64,000 nucleotides of DNA from Macrostomum lignano. Taxonomy: Eukaryota. Below are positions 13,565-25,961 of this stretch, one piece after another. The translations under genes and the position numbers were made by a program. The notes under the pieces are model-generated. The model made no database searches. It saw only the letters and a list, made by a program, of their open reading frames with translations, and had not been told where the DNA came from. Location: contig NIVC01001304.1 in assembly GCA_002269645.1 (NCBI GenBank), positions 248,001-312,000 of the forward strand, in the 5' to 3' direction. Positions within the stretch are counted from its first letter, which is position 1. Each line of letters begins with the position of its first letter.

Positions 13565-14630
13565 TTGCCACTGGCATCTCTGCTATGGTCTGCTCTTGTT
13601 TGCAGCCACTGGCATCTCTGCTATGGTCTGCTCTTGTTTGCAGCCACTGGCATCTCTGCTATGGTCTGCTCTTGTTTGCAGCCACTGGCATCTCTGCTAT
13701 GGTCTGCTCTTGTTTGCAGTCACTGGCATCTCTGCTATGGTCTGCTGCTGTTTGCAGCCACTGGCATCTCTGCTATGGTCTGCTCTTGTTTGCAGTCACT
13801 GGCATCTCTGCTATGGTCTGCTGCTGTTTGCAGCCACTGGCATCTCTGCTATGGTCTGCTGCTGTTTGCAGCCACTGGCATCTCTGCTATGGTCTGCTGT
13901 TGTTTGCAGCCACTGGCATCTCTGCTATGGTCTGCTGTTGTTTGCAGCCACTGGCATCTCTGCTATGGTCTGCTCTTGTTTGCAGCCACTGGCATCTCTG
14001 CTATGGTCTGCTGCTGTTTGCAGCCACTGGCATCTCTGCTATGGTCTGCTGCTGTTTGCAGCCACTGGCATCTCTGCTATGGTCTGCTGTTGTTTGCAGC
14101 CACTGGCATCTCTGCTATGGTCTGCTGCTGTTTGCAGCCACTGGCATCTCTGCTATGGTCTGCTGCTGTTTGCAGCCACTGGCATCTCTGCTATGGTCTG
14201 CTGCTGTTTGCAGCCACTGGCATCTCTGCTATGGTCTGCTGCTGTTTGCAGCCACTGGCATCTCTGCTATGGTCTGCTGCTGTTTGCAGCCACTGGCATC
14301 TCTGCTGTGGTCTGCTGCTGTTTGCAGCCACTGGCATCTCTGCTATGGTCTGCTGCTGTTTGCAGCCACTGGCATCTCTGCTATGGTCTGCTGCTGTTTG
14401 CAGCCACTGGCATCTCTGCTATGGTCTGCTGCTGTTTGCAGCCACTGGCATCTCTGCTATGGTCTGCTGTTGTTTGCAGCCACTGGCATCTCTGCTATGG
14501 TCTGCTGCTGTTTGCAGCCACTGGCATCTCTGCTATGGTCTGCTGCTGTTTGCAGCCACTGGCATCTCTGCTATGGTCTGCTGTTGTTTGCAGCTACTGG
14601 CATCTCTGATGTGGTCTGCTCTTCGTTTGC
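13565..14630. repeat. Minisatellite, 38-bp unit TGTTTGCAGCCACTGGCATCTCTGCTATGGTCTGCTGC
   Basis: ~28 copies just upstream of the MINPP1 start; accounts for the 13510-14653 pseudo-ORFs. Confidence 0.97.
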
Positions 14631-14900
14631 ACAAGTCTAGAGGTCACTATTAGCTAATATATATCTCCATAGTTAGGAAGATGTCCTGTATGCCAGAATT
14701 TTCTGGTATGCATTAGCCCTTCATAGTTCATTGGCGTGCATATTTGGGTGCATATTTGGCATGCTTGAATCTTAAAAAAAGTGTTTGGCATACAAAAATA
14801 GTGTACAAAGCTCTTTGAAAATGGATGCAAGTATCTTAGTTTTTCACTGTTTCTGTAATGAAATGTAGAACATTTTAAAGAAAAAGGCAGCAGTTGGAAG

Positions 14901-15406
14901 TAGGGATTGCAATCCCAGGATCCCAGGATCCCAAAATCCCAGGATTGGGCCTAAATCCCGGGATTTCCAGTCCCAGTATATAGCATCCCAAATCCCGGGA
15001 CTAATTTTTGTTATTATTTTTACAAAAAGCATTACAATATGAACATAATTGGGCCTACAACTAGTTGATTATACTGTACTAATTTCCATTAATTGCCTCA
15101 CATTGCTGGCACCTTTTTAAACCCCACATCACAGATTTAAATGTGAAATTTGTTCCAATGTAAATTTGATATATGATTTGTTTCTTTACTACTAATTAGT
15201 ACCTTTATACTAATTACTTAAATACAAGCTATGTCACAAGATAATGCTGTTTTACATCTACAAAAAGATCATTATCTCTATAACAATCAAAAATAGAAGC
15301 AAAAATATAATTAGTGCATATCTTGCCTTGAAATTTCAACCCAGAAGCTTAAAAATCTGTATTTTTCTTATTCGAAGATTGAATCCCAGGATTGGCCAAA
15401 TCCCTA
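14901..15406. mobile_element. Putative hAT-type MITE (TIR TAGGGATT...AATCCCTA)
   Basis: 8-bp terminal inverted repeat, subterminal ATCCCAGG/ATCCCGGG repeats at both ends; flanking 8-mers match only 5/8 (gttggaag/gttaggtg). Confidence 0.5.
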
Positions 15407-17960
15407 GTTAGGTGACAGAAGTGTAAACAAAAAACTAGTATTTTTTTAATGTGATAGTGCTATTTTAAAGAATTTAGGTACTAAAACTTTGTGTAATTGA
15501 AAGTTTATATAAAGGGATAATAGACATGGCACTTTTTTTTATAATATAAATGTAAATGTCAAATTTAACACTGGAAAAATGTCCTTTATTGCCATAGCAA
15601 AAAAGTAAGGTTGCATAATTTTGAAATTTTGGTATACATGATAGTCACATTTCCAATTTTTGGAATACTTGGCATATACCTAAAATTTTGCCAAAAAATC
15701 TGGTATACATTAGACACCTTGACAATTGGTAATATGATAACATGATAAATATAAGGCCTAGGCTACATTGAATATTTGATAATTGAAAACCTATTTGATA
15801 TTGACACATCTGTAAGAATATATTTAAAGGTATCACATCATATCAGGACTAACATATTTAGAAACCTTTGCTACTAAATCTAGTATTACTATATCAATCT
15901 TCTATCTATTTCTATATATAGAAAAATCTATATATAAGCCATAGGTTGGAAGGCGAATATATGCTAGGATTTCCTGGCATACAACAAGGTCAAGGATATT
16001 TACCATTGTGCTAGGGACTTCTTTCCTCTGAAACAATCCTACCACTGTTACCAAAAGCTATCCCAGGGCTCTCTCTTCTTTATTCTGGGGTAATCTTGTT
16101 TGCTGCCACCAAATTGATATAGGGGTTACCTGTCCCTTAAAATAATCCTAACAATGCCACCAAAGTTGTTATAAGGTTAGTTTTTTATAAGTCTCTTGAA
16201 TATTGCAACTAGCAATTTTAATATAAAATGATTATATTAGTTTGCAAAGCAAATTTGCTAGCTTGCAAATAGTTGCTTTCTTGGCCTACTCTGGGCTTTT
16301 ATTTATACAAAATTTCTTTACTATTTATAACAAGGATTGATCGCAAAAATATTTTTGTTATTCATAACATTTAAACAAAGAATTTTTAGTTTGGATTTGA
16401 AATTAAGCTTTATAGGAAACAAAATGAAAAGAGTAATTTTAGAGCAAATAATTATACAGTATCATTAATGTACTATCTCAACATTTTTTAGCATACATTA
16501 GCATACATCCCAGCATACATGACACAGTAGAAAATTTTCAGCTTATATCTATGACATACCTACATACATGTTAGGATAAAATAAAGTGACTTTATGAAGA
16601 ATAGGCTATATACAATACTGTCATCATAGAGCAATAATTAAAAAAACAAATTTAAACTTTCATTCTTAAAGACTTATTTTTTTCTCAATTTTTAACAAAT
16701 TTAATATACTTCTTTTATAATTGTACTTTCTCATTGCACATTGCAAAAGAGCATAATTTTAAAGTTTATTATTCTGCATGAATAATAAATTCAAAAATGA
16801 AAAAACATACAACTTCATGGTGTAAATAGTTAAAAACTTTTTTGTCCCAGCATACAAACGTGGTCCTGTACTTTTTATCCTACCAGACCTAGTGTACATT
16901 AATATACAATCTGAACTATAGTATATGAGAGCAAGTTATATAGCAAATAAACCAACCTTTCATAAGCTAAAAATCTCTAGTGGTTTAATATAAATACTCA
17001 GAGTTTGAAATAAATTGTTAGGCCTACTTATTTCAAAGCCTGATTTGAGAACAGTGCAAAATGGTTTACTAAGACTAAGAGTAAGAGTTAAAAAGTTATA
17101 CAAAGGAATACTAAGAATTAGCACTGTGATCTTCTGATCTCAGTAATACCCAATTGGACAAATACATGCACTAGTATTAGAATTAGACTGCTTAGGCTAG
17201 AATGCTGCTATTACATATAAGATGTGCTGCTAATATATAAAATGCTACCCAGAATGCTATTATCTCTACATATAAAAATCAAAACTTATACTATATATAA
17301 AAGACAATTTCTAGAAATGTACTAGATATTAATCTAAGAAATATTAGCCTAGACATATTAATAGTAGACATTTATAAAAGAAAGAGCCTAATATTCTATT
17401 ATAACTGGTGTAGCTTAATGGTGGGATATTTACAATGAGAATAGTAGAATACCTGTTAAAACTTGGTGGCATCAGTGTGATTTATAAATTGAGAGAAAAA
17501 AGACCTATTATAATCACTAGGCCTTATTAGTAGGAAATAAGAAATTATGTTATAGACCTAAGCCTAGGCCCTATTCTTATCCATATTTAAACATTTAGAA
17601 CTGTAAGTTATCTTGGTATATGGCTAGGTTCCTGGACACTTCGTCATCTTACCACTTCGTCATCTTGATGACGAAGTGACCATGGTTTTTGGATGCTTCG
17701 TCATATCAAAAAATGTTAGTAAATCTAGATGACGAAGTGACCAAATTTTGAGGACACTTCGTCATCCCAAGATTTAGCAATGCTGTAAATTGTTATTCGA
17801 TTGTTATTGTTATAAATTGTTACTCAATCATATTAGTCAATTTTGTCTGTTGTCGCTATAATTGCCATCCAATGTACACAATGTATACGCAGTTTGCATA
17901 TGCACGCTTTAATGTACGAGTACATAAAGATGGCTAGGCCTATCTTTAATGGCTACAGGT

Positions 17961-18451
17961 ATACTATAGAATTACAATCACTTTGGCAACAGTCATTTTG
18001 GTGACACATTTGGATCACTTTGGCAACAATTAATAGCAGCTAAAGGATGTATTTTTTGCCAATGAAACTTCAAATTAAAAAGTGTGGTTTATCTGGATTT
18101 ATTGAAAAAGCAACACAAATTTTCAGTATTTCATTATGAACGCTTACAATAAATACGATAAAGTACAAAATGAATTGACTTGTATTATATAGTACTGTAA
18201 GTATTGTGATAAATTTATTTGGCATATTGGCATGTATAGGCATATACACTTGTGAAGTTTCATTGGCAAAAAATATATGTATTATAAATGTATTCATTTT
18301 AGCTGGCTTAGATGTTATTAATTGTCACCAAAGTGATCCAAATGTGTCGCCAAAATGACTGTCACCAAAGTGACTTGTTGCCAAAGTGACTGTCATTGAA
18401 CTACTGAAGTGACGTGTCGCGTCGCCGAAGTGATCGGTTACCATACTATAG
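17961..18451. mobile_element. Degenerate inverted-repeat element (MULE-like MITE?) flanked by 9-bp direct repeat ATACTATAG
   Basis: TCACTTTGGCAAC/GTCACCAAAGTGA arms in inverted orientation (~17975-18035 vs ~18318-18442); ATACTATAG at 17961-17969 and 18443-18451. Confidence 0.5.
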
Positions 18452-19237
18452 GCCCTAGGGCCAAGCCTTCTTAAATCTTAGTTCTAGGACTTATTTTATA
18501 CAATTTATAATACTAATAAAAAATAATAGGTAGGTAGGCCTAGCTTTATAGCCTTTTAAAGGCTTAAGTAATATACTTAAAAGGCTAGGCCTATGCCTAT
18601 AGCTAATAGCTTTTTTAGGGGCTAGCTGCCTAGACAAGACTACTTCACAAATAAAAATGTACATAGGCTCTATATGATAATATAGTCATAGATAGGTGGC
18701 CTCCAGCTTTATTAACATTAGGTCTACTCCGCTCTTGTCTTAGGGCCTATTTGGAGTAGAAGGGCTCACGCAAATCTCAGCTAGTAGCTAGGTAGGCCTA
18801 GCCGCCTAGCTAGTTTTAGCACGCAAATTCAACGACAGAAATTTTAACACAGACAAATTCGGCGAAAGCAAAATCAGCGACAACCTAGGCAAGGCAATTT
18901 CGATGACAAGTCTTCATATAGGCCTAGCTTAATTTAAAGCAAATTAAATTTAAGAGTTTCTTAATCTTAATATTCTCTTAAAAGCTCACGACCTGTGTGA
19001 TAGAAAAAAATATGCGTTCGATAGAAATACTCGTAATTTTGACATCGCGCGTCCGAGAATGAACGAACATTTCTTGGAAAGCAACACCTTTCTAAATTCT
19101 TTTGTTCAAAATAATTCATGCGTGTGACAGCTTTTTGACGCCCCTATCTCCGATCCCCAAGCTTATTCCTGTCTACACTACGCAATCCCCCATCATAAAT
19201 AATTTTTTCTCTGCTGCGCCCCCCCCAAACTTCTCGT

Positions 19238-19285
19238 CCAATCATAGCGCGGCTGAAGGGTGACGTCATCAGGGTTGCTAATAAC
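19238..19285. promoter_or_regulatory. Cluster of CCAAT box, CRE palindrome and X-box-like motif
   Basis: CCAAT 19238-42, TGACGTCA 19261-68, GTTGCTAATAAC 19274-85. Confidence 0.35.
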
Positions 19286-19399
19286 GGAGGTCAAGAACAA
19301 GTCAGGACCTAAATCCCCGACCCAGCAAGTCCCGCCAATCTACCCGTGGGAGGCCAATGCCTAGCAAAGTCTACATCACCAATTAGACCGCATTACTAG

Positions 19400-20200
19400 A
19401 GCGGCAAGTTCCTTTAATCCGTTCAAGGCGGCTGGGCCAGAGGGTTATCTACTATTACCCAACGTACTTGCACAAGGTGGTAAAAAACCACCGCTTTCTG
19501 GACCTCCTCTGTCGTCTCCTCCGAGCTTGCGTGGAACTGGGCTATGTACATGCATGTACATGTTGCGTGGAGAGATCGAGGCTCGAGTTGTCTTTTTTGT
19601 CCCCAAGCCTAAGAAGAGCAACTACTGCAGCTGTTGAAGGCCTTCAGGCCATCAGCCTCATCTGTTTCTACCATAAGATTTGGCCCCGGCGCCTGCTCTC
19701 TGTCGAGCTAAAGCGCTTCCTCATAAGGGCTAGCGGCCTGAGCGTCAAGGGCTACATGTAACCTCGACTCTCTCTATAGAGTTCAGGGCAGAGCTTGCCG
19801 CATGACGATTTGGCGCTCCACCGTCTACTCCCTCTGAAGGCATGAATGCCTTATTCAGTGCACGTCGTCTAGACATTTATACCAAAGAAGAGGCAGCGAA
19901 TAGCACCCGGCGACCGATGCTGGGGTTGCTTTCAAAGAAGTGCGAGCCTTTAAGAAGCGTTCGGTGATGAAAGACTCCGATCTCTGCCTCAAGACTCTCG
20001 AGGAGAGTGGGCAGGCTCAACATCCTCACGGACTCGATCCCCTGCAGCCACCCTTCTCCTGAGCCAAAGGTATAAGGTCACCATTCAGCCTCGACACGAG
20101 GCGAGTGATACCTGGAGCGATTCCGAAGTTTACTGTTACACTGACGGCTCAATGAGGCATGATCTCTAAGGCCTCGGAGCATGCGTCCTCATTAAGGGAG
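19400..20200 (+). mobile_element. Decayed non-LTR retrotransposon fragment (RT + RNase H; I/R1/LOA-type)
   Basis: Frameshifted pieces: FNPFKAAGPEG (~19412), LCRLLRACVELGYV, VVFFVPKPKKSNY, KAFRP/ISL..F.HK (~19637), YCYTDGS (20131-20151). Confidence 0.8.
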
Positions 20201-20349
20201 AAGCGGTTGGGGAGCGATGTTTTCAGAGCGAGGTGCTTGCCATCAGCTCCTGCGCGGCAGATAACACAAAATTTAAATAATAAAAAAATCGATTTCCAGG
20301 ATCAGCATCTTTATGGTGATCTCTACGTTGGTATTTCCCAATAATGACT

Positions 20350-20424
20350 TCCACCGCGGGGTGGACTCGAACCACCGCTCTAAACCCTAAGCTGGGTGTC
20401 CGCCCTCAGTGCGGCTACTCCGCC
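20350..20424 (-). mobile_element. tRNA-derived SINE-like sequence
   Basis: Minus strand GGCGGAGTAGCCGCACTG...GGTTCGAGTCC (A-box-like and B-box); no intact cloverleaf. Confidence 0.45.
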
Positions 20425-21797
20425 TACTTGTTTGAGGGCGAACAGAACCTGCAATATAAGTTTTCATTTTTTATCCCCAGTCAGCCAGCTAAAAATTTTC
20501 TTTTGTGCTTAATTTGAAAAATGTGATAGTAGTCGTGAACATTTTCTGATTTTATTTAGAATTATCCGTGCTCCCTTATTTTGGCGGAAATTCCAACCCT
20601 CCGTGCTTTCGCTGAGCTATTCTTCTGTAGCCTAATACGAGCACATTAAAGTACATTAAATCAAAATATAGTAATCTTTAAGAATCAAAGCTCATGGGGA
20701 AGGGAATACCTGAGATGTCAAGGCTCACGGGGGGAATAGCTGAGATGTCAAGGCTTACGAGGGGAACTGTTGAGATTTCAATGCTTACTGGGATAATTTC
20801 TGAGAAGCAAGGCTCCGGGGGGGGTATTTCTGAGTTGCCAAGGCTAAGGTCAGAAGCTACAGGTAGTTTATGCAAAAATTTGTATTCAATTCTTTGTTGA
20901 CTCCCCAACGGGGGGGCGCTGATTGCTAGTAACCTACTCTAAGTAGTGTGAGTAGGTCTGAAACGTGTTGCAAGACCCGAAACTCAATCGGCAAAAACAT
21001 GACCCACTTAGAAAGCCGCACTTCCGAATTAACAAAGACCAAAACTGTAGTAAAGAATTCCTTTAAAATACGTGTGAAATGCCAGCTTCATTATCTACTA
21101 ACCAATCACAGGTCTGTTCATAAAAATTCTGTCTGCAAACGGTAGAAAAGCAAAAAAAGGGATATAAGAATTTTTATCCATAAACTGCAGAAACGAGAAG
21201 AGGAGATCACGCAGCCGAAACAGGCCAGAGTTTGTGAAGTTATACGAAATAAACATTAAATATCCGGAAAGAAAAAGTGAGTTAAAAGAAACAATTTAAA
21301 AGGTGTTTAAAATATTCATTTAAGGCACACGTTGCACTGCAGTAAACAATAGTTTACAGACGAAATTCGCTGCACCCTGCGTAGCTGGGTAGGTAGGTAT
21401 CTATAATGTGACCGATTAGAGAAAAAATGGCTCAATAGCTTTCTAAAATATTAAAACACATGGGAGGAATAAAATAAAATAAGATGGGTCAGCCTTAAAT
21501 GGTTGGCAGCAGAAATAAGCCAGATAGGTTCGCCAGTGTGCTCATGCAACAGCTGGGCAAATAAAAGCGATCATGAGCACTTAGATAACAGCATGACAGG
21601 TGCAGGTGCGGACGGAGTTTGGAAAATGGAGTTGGGCGAATGTCTGGATGACCGAGAAGAACACAGAAGCCGTCTTTTAAGCAAATCCGTCAAAGCAAAG
21701 CAAGACATAACTCCAAAAATTTTGGTCTGTGGTCAAAAGGCTCGATCGATTTTATAAGGTGGTTCAACCATAGACACACAAGTAAGATATTTTTAAC

Positions 21798-22028
21798 ACT
21801 ACACCTTTTCACGTTCAATTTTGAACAAAGTCCAGTTCTAAAAAAACTAGCGGAAATTCAATTCAGACAATTCAGACTGGGGACAATTTTGTCTATGGCT
21901 AAACCTCGCTTCCGTAGCAGAATGTTTTGAACTGGGGTTTGTTGCCCCAGTCTGAATTGTCTGAATTGAATTCCGCTAGTTTTTTTAGAACTGGACTTTG
22001 TTCAAAATTGAACGTGAAAAGGTGTAGT
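21798..22028. mobile_element. Hairpin MITE with ~88-bp near-perfect terminal inverted repeats
   Basis: ACTACACCTTTTCACGTTCAATTTTGAAC... vs its reverse complement ending 22028; AAC on both flanks. Confidence 0.85.
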
Positions 22029-23286
22029 AACGCGTTATGTTTATGAAACCAAAATCGTTGACGCTTGACGCTTGTCACTTGTCATTTGTCGACTTGTCAC
22101 TTGTCACTTGTAGTTTTTTATGAAATCGGCCCCTGGAAACTAACTGTCATGAATGTGTTATGACAGTGTGCTCTTTGCTAAGTTGCTGCACCGGGCCAGT
22201 GGGCCGTCCTCTCCCCCTCCCCCCTCCTTAGATATTTTCTGACTCACCCACCTGCACTTCTGCGCGTGCGTACCCTCCCCCCTCTCTGCCTAGGCCTTGT
22301 CTGTTGTTCAACCCCCATTCTCTGCGTGCGACCCCCCCCCCTTGCTCTGTGTGCGCCCCGTGCGACCCCGCCCCATTCTTTTGTTAGCTTTGCTGCCCCG
22401 CCCCTGTTTGTAATTGGTTGCCAGTCCCAGTCTGCCGTGCTGCGCCCCGGCGATTGGCTGGTACGGCTCATGTTTTTTCTATGCTGATGTCTAAGCCCCC
22501 TTTTCTGCCGTTATCCCGCGCCCTCAACCCCCAGTTTGCTGCCTATTTATTCGGACCCCCTTAGGACCCCATTCTCGTCGTCTTCGTGGCTCCTCGGCGA
22601 TTGTGCCAGCGTTGGTTGCTGAATTGCTATTCCTCGCAGAATTGTTAGACAAATATATAAGTAAAGAACACCGAGATCACTACTGCTCTGACGGCGCTGT
22701 TTCTTGTACGACTGAAATCGCGGCTGGTAAGCCTTCCAATTTGTACCCATTTGGGTCTGCATCTATACTAGGCACCTTAGAGGGATTAAGTGCGTCGTAC
22801 GCCGGTCCCACCCCAAGCAGCTCTGCGTCGTACGCGAGTCTGTAGGCTGTCGAGCGTCGTACGCTCGAGCAGCCTAGTCCCGACGGACACCGCGTCGTAC
22901 GCGTGTCAGTGGAGGACCGCAGCCGGGGTCAGTACACGAACCCGGGTCTGGGAAAGGGGCACGAAAGGACCGAGCCCTTGAGCCCCAACATCACATAACC
23001 AAGTTCAAGCTATTTTGCAGCGATATGGACTCATGGCCTCATGAAATTCTGTTTTACAGGCAGTTGCTAATCCGAGATGTACAGTCAAGCCCATCACATG
23101 AAGTGATTTGTTCTAAAGAAATGGTCCATTAAATTTTTTTTTAAAAGTACAATGAAACTTTCTCAACATTTTGCATGAGAATTCTGCTAGTTCAAAACCC
23201 GACTCTCGCTTTTAAAAGTGCCCATTTGACTAGTTTATAACGTGTGAAAGTGAGATCCAGCGAGCTCCAAAGCACTGCAATTTGCA

Positions 23287-23897
23287 TCAACCTTTCCTAG
23301 CAACTTGAGCCACAAAGTCGTTTCTGACCCACAGTCCGTCCCACTCGCTGAATGTAGCGATGTTCTGCACTTGGAAGCTACCCATGGACAGCAGAGAGAA
23401 GTTCCTCGAGGTCATGAAGCGAGTCACAAACTCGTAATGTTTGGAAGATTGCGGTCGCTCACCGAGCTTCCGCCAGAACTCCATCTGCAGCGCCATGATG
23501 TTGAGCTCTCTGAACAGCTTCTCGCCAGTCTTCATGAACAGGTGCTCACCGGATTCGATGTCCATCTTGACGACCACATTCTTGGTGCCGATGTGCCCTC
23601 GAAGCTCGTCCGCTTTGGCAGTCGTGACGGGAATCGTGTCCTCGATTGACTTCGTGACCTGCCGTTTCCAGTCATCCAATCCGCCTGAGCCGCTTCCAAC
23701 GTTGCAATCCATGCCGTCAGCGTCCCAGCTGATCCGCTTGAGCCCCACGTCGTCGCTGATGAAGCCCCAGAAGAGCGTCCCAGAAACTCTGATGCCGACT
23801 TTGAAGCGATCAACTTGTTGGGCCACATTACAGACGCCACAGTAATTAAAAGAACTGTAGCGCAGGCCAGCAGTATTAGATACTGCTGTGTTCTCAT
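23287..23897 (-). pseudogene. FkbM (Methyltransf_21)-family methyltransferase locus, apparently internally deleted/frameshifted
   Basis: Frame 23826-23287 encodes the FkbM C-terminal half (TLFWGFISDD...VVVKMDIESGE...LF...ALQMEF). Frame 23897 encodes a type II signal anchor (MRTQQYLILLACATVLLITVASVMW) in a different frame that stops at 23532. No DxGAN SAM-binding segment was found in the locus or upstream. Confidence 0.6.
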
Positions 23898-24817
23898 TGC
23901 ATTGACTAGAACGGAGCAGAACAGTTAGTCCTCAAAAATGTAAAAATTTTACTTATTGCAATTTATTTCCGCAAGTTTGCGCCTGCTCCATGGCACCTGG
24001 GCTGGTAAGCGGACCTGGGCAGCAGTTTTCAAGCAGTGAGCAGAGCACATAAGGGATGAGATGGGGTGGGATGAGATGGGGTGGGATGAAGCGATATGAA
24101 CTTTACGTAAGATGCAATGGATATATAAGGATGGGTAAATATAAAATATAAACATTCACAGGAGAGCTGCTTGGGGCGCTGGTCTTGGAGGACTCAGGGA
24201 TGAGATGGGATGATGAAACCAGATGAGATTAGATTAGTGGGATGAGACAGAGTTTGAATCTTCAACTGATCCAGCAATGACTTAAGTAGTGCACGAATGA
24301 TGAAATCCTGGTCCTGGAGGGACAAAACGTGCAAACAGCAAAATTAACCGCTAGAAAATGCTTAGCAAACGCGAACGCATGCTGCTACTAAAAGTAACAA
24401 CAGAAGCAGAAAACCCAAACGTGGCCAGGAAAATCACAGGGCAGCACAAGGTGAAATGCTTTGCAGCAGTTTAATAATTCTGAAGCTCAATAAATATATG
24501 TATTGCCATTCTGATGAATTCACACCTGTAAGCACATCAGTTGAGGCGATTACAATTTATTATTGATTCGATTAGCAATTCTCATAGGAAATTGAATGGA
24601 AACTTGCTAATGTTGATAATAACAGTATTGTACTGCCCCATTGTTGCTGCACAATAAAAGTTCCCGTACACTTGCTACTCTTGCGGTCACGACTCTCGGC
24701 TCAGCTCTGTCGAAGGACAAAACAAAAACTATCGCAGCATGCCTGCAATATGGTCGAGTGAAGGTTCGCTCCAAAATTCGCCTTATTAAGCCTTGATAGT
24801 GGCTTGTAGGGCATCGG

Positions 24818-25022
24818 AGCATAGAAACCAATGACTTGATGCCCTGGCCTGCCACTCAGAGCATAGAAATCAATCACTTGATACCCTGGCCTGCCACTCA
24901 GAGCATAGAAATCAGTCACTTGATTCCCTGGCCTGCCACTCAGAGCATAGAAATCGATCACTTGATGCCCTGGCCTCCCACTCAGAGCATAGAAATCAAT
25001 CACTTGATGACCTGGCCTCCCA
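24818..25022. repeat. Minisatellite, 42-bp unit
   Basis: TGATGCCCTGGCCTGCCACTCAGAGCATAGAAATCAATCACT x ~4.5. Confidence 0.92.
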
Positions 25023-25683
25023 CTCCCGCCGTGATCAGCCTCAAGAACTGTCTCCAGAACAAAAGAACACTGGAGACATCGAAGTGACATCCCAAAAAAT
25101 GGCAACTCAGGCCTAAAAACCCTGGCCCGAAGACCTAACTAACTGCGTATTTGCTTCTTGTTTGATTTGAAAAACTGTTAAACTGATTAAAACAAAATTA
25201 AAACAAATTTATTTAATGCAAATGCTTATCACAAGCAATTTGAAGACAGACCTTGGTATACAGTTTATTTGTAAAAATGTGTTTTAAAAAAGCACAATGT
25301 CTTCATACGTACGCTCGCATGTGCAGTGCATGCGAATATACAGCGGGAAAAAAAGTCTTTTAGAAAGCTTGTCTTTTAAAAATTCGATATTTTTAGTCTT
25401 TAACCCATTTTTAATTATTTTTTTCATATCTGAGTTTTATTGTGAATTTTAATATTGTAAATTGCTTTCCAATTCCTCAAAGCAATTTTCATATATTTTA
25501 AGAACTACGAGCTAAAAGTAAAGCTGGACTTCGCAGGTACATGAATATACATGTAACAGTAAAGAACGGATACAAGTGCACGCCCGAGGTCATAAACATA
25601 CGGTGCACGATCGTAGCCGTTCTTCACCGATATTGTATGATTTTGAAGGCATCCGACCATAGATATTTGAAGCGTGCAACATT

Positions 25684-25961
25684 GGGCCGTATGCAGAAAG
25701 CTTAGTCCAGACTAGCTAGTCCGGACTTGGGTAGTTCAGTCTATAGTCTATGGTCTAGCTACCCTAGTTCTGTCTACAGTAGACCGGTCTAACTTTGTGT
25801 TTCTGCATACCAAACCCAAGTCCAGACTTGCTTTTCAAGACCGGACTACCCTAGACAGAGCTTTCTGCAAACGGCCCTTTGTGTTTCTGCATACCAAATC
25901 CAAGTCCAGATTAGCTTTTCAAGACCGGACTACCCTAGACAGAGCTTTCTGCATACGGCCC
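25684..25961. mobile_element. Harbinger-like MITE (TIR GGGCCGTATGCAGAAAGC) nested in an older inverted-repeat element (~25657-26022)
   Basis: Perfect 18-bp TIR, internal ~84-bp duplication; outer IR CCATAGATATTTGAAGCGTGCA / TGCACGCTCGAAACATCTATGG. Confidence 0.75.

Noticed and set aside
13510-14653. Three 360-380 aa hydrophobic ORFs
   Set aside because: All three frames of a 38-bp minisatellite; no unique coding sequence.
20678-20908. Short ORFs on both strands with 10-aa periodicity
   Set aside because: Explained by a degenerate 30-bp tandem repeat; no recognisable domain or splice support.
22145-22990. Possible solo LTR (TG...CA, C-rich, TATA-like)
   Set aside because: No matching TSD, PBS or second LTR could be identified.
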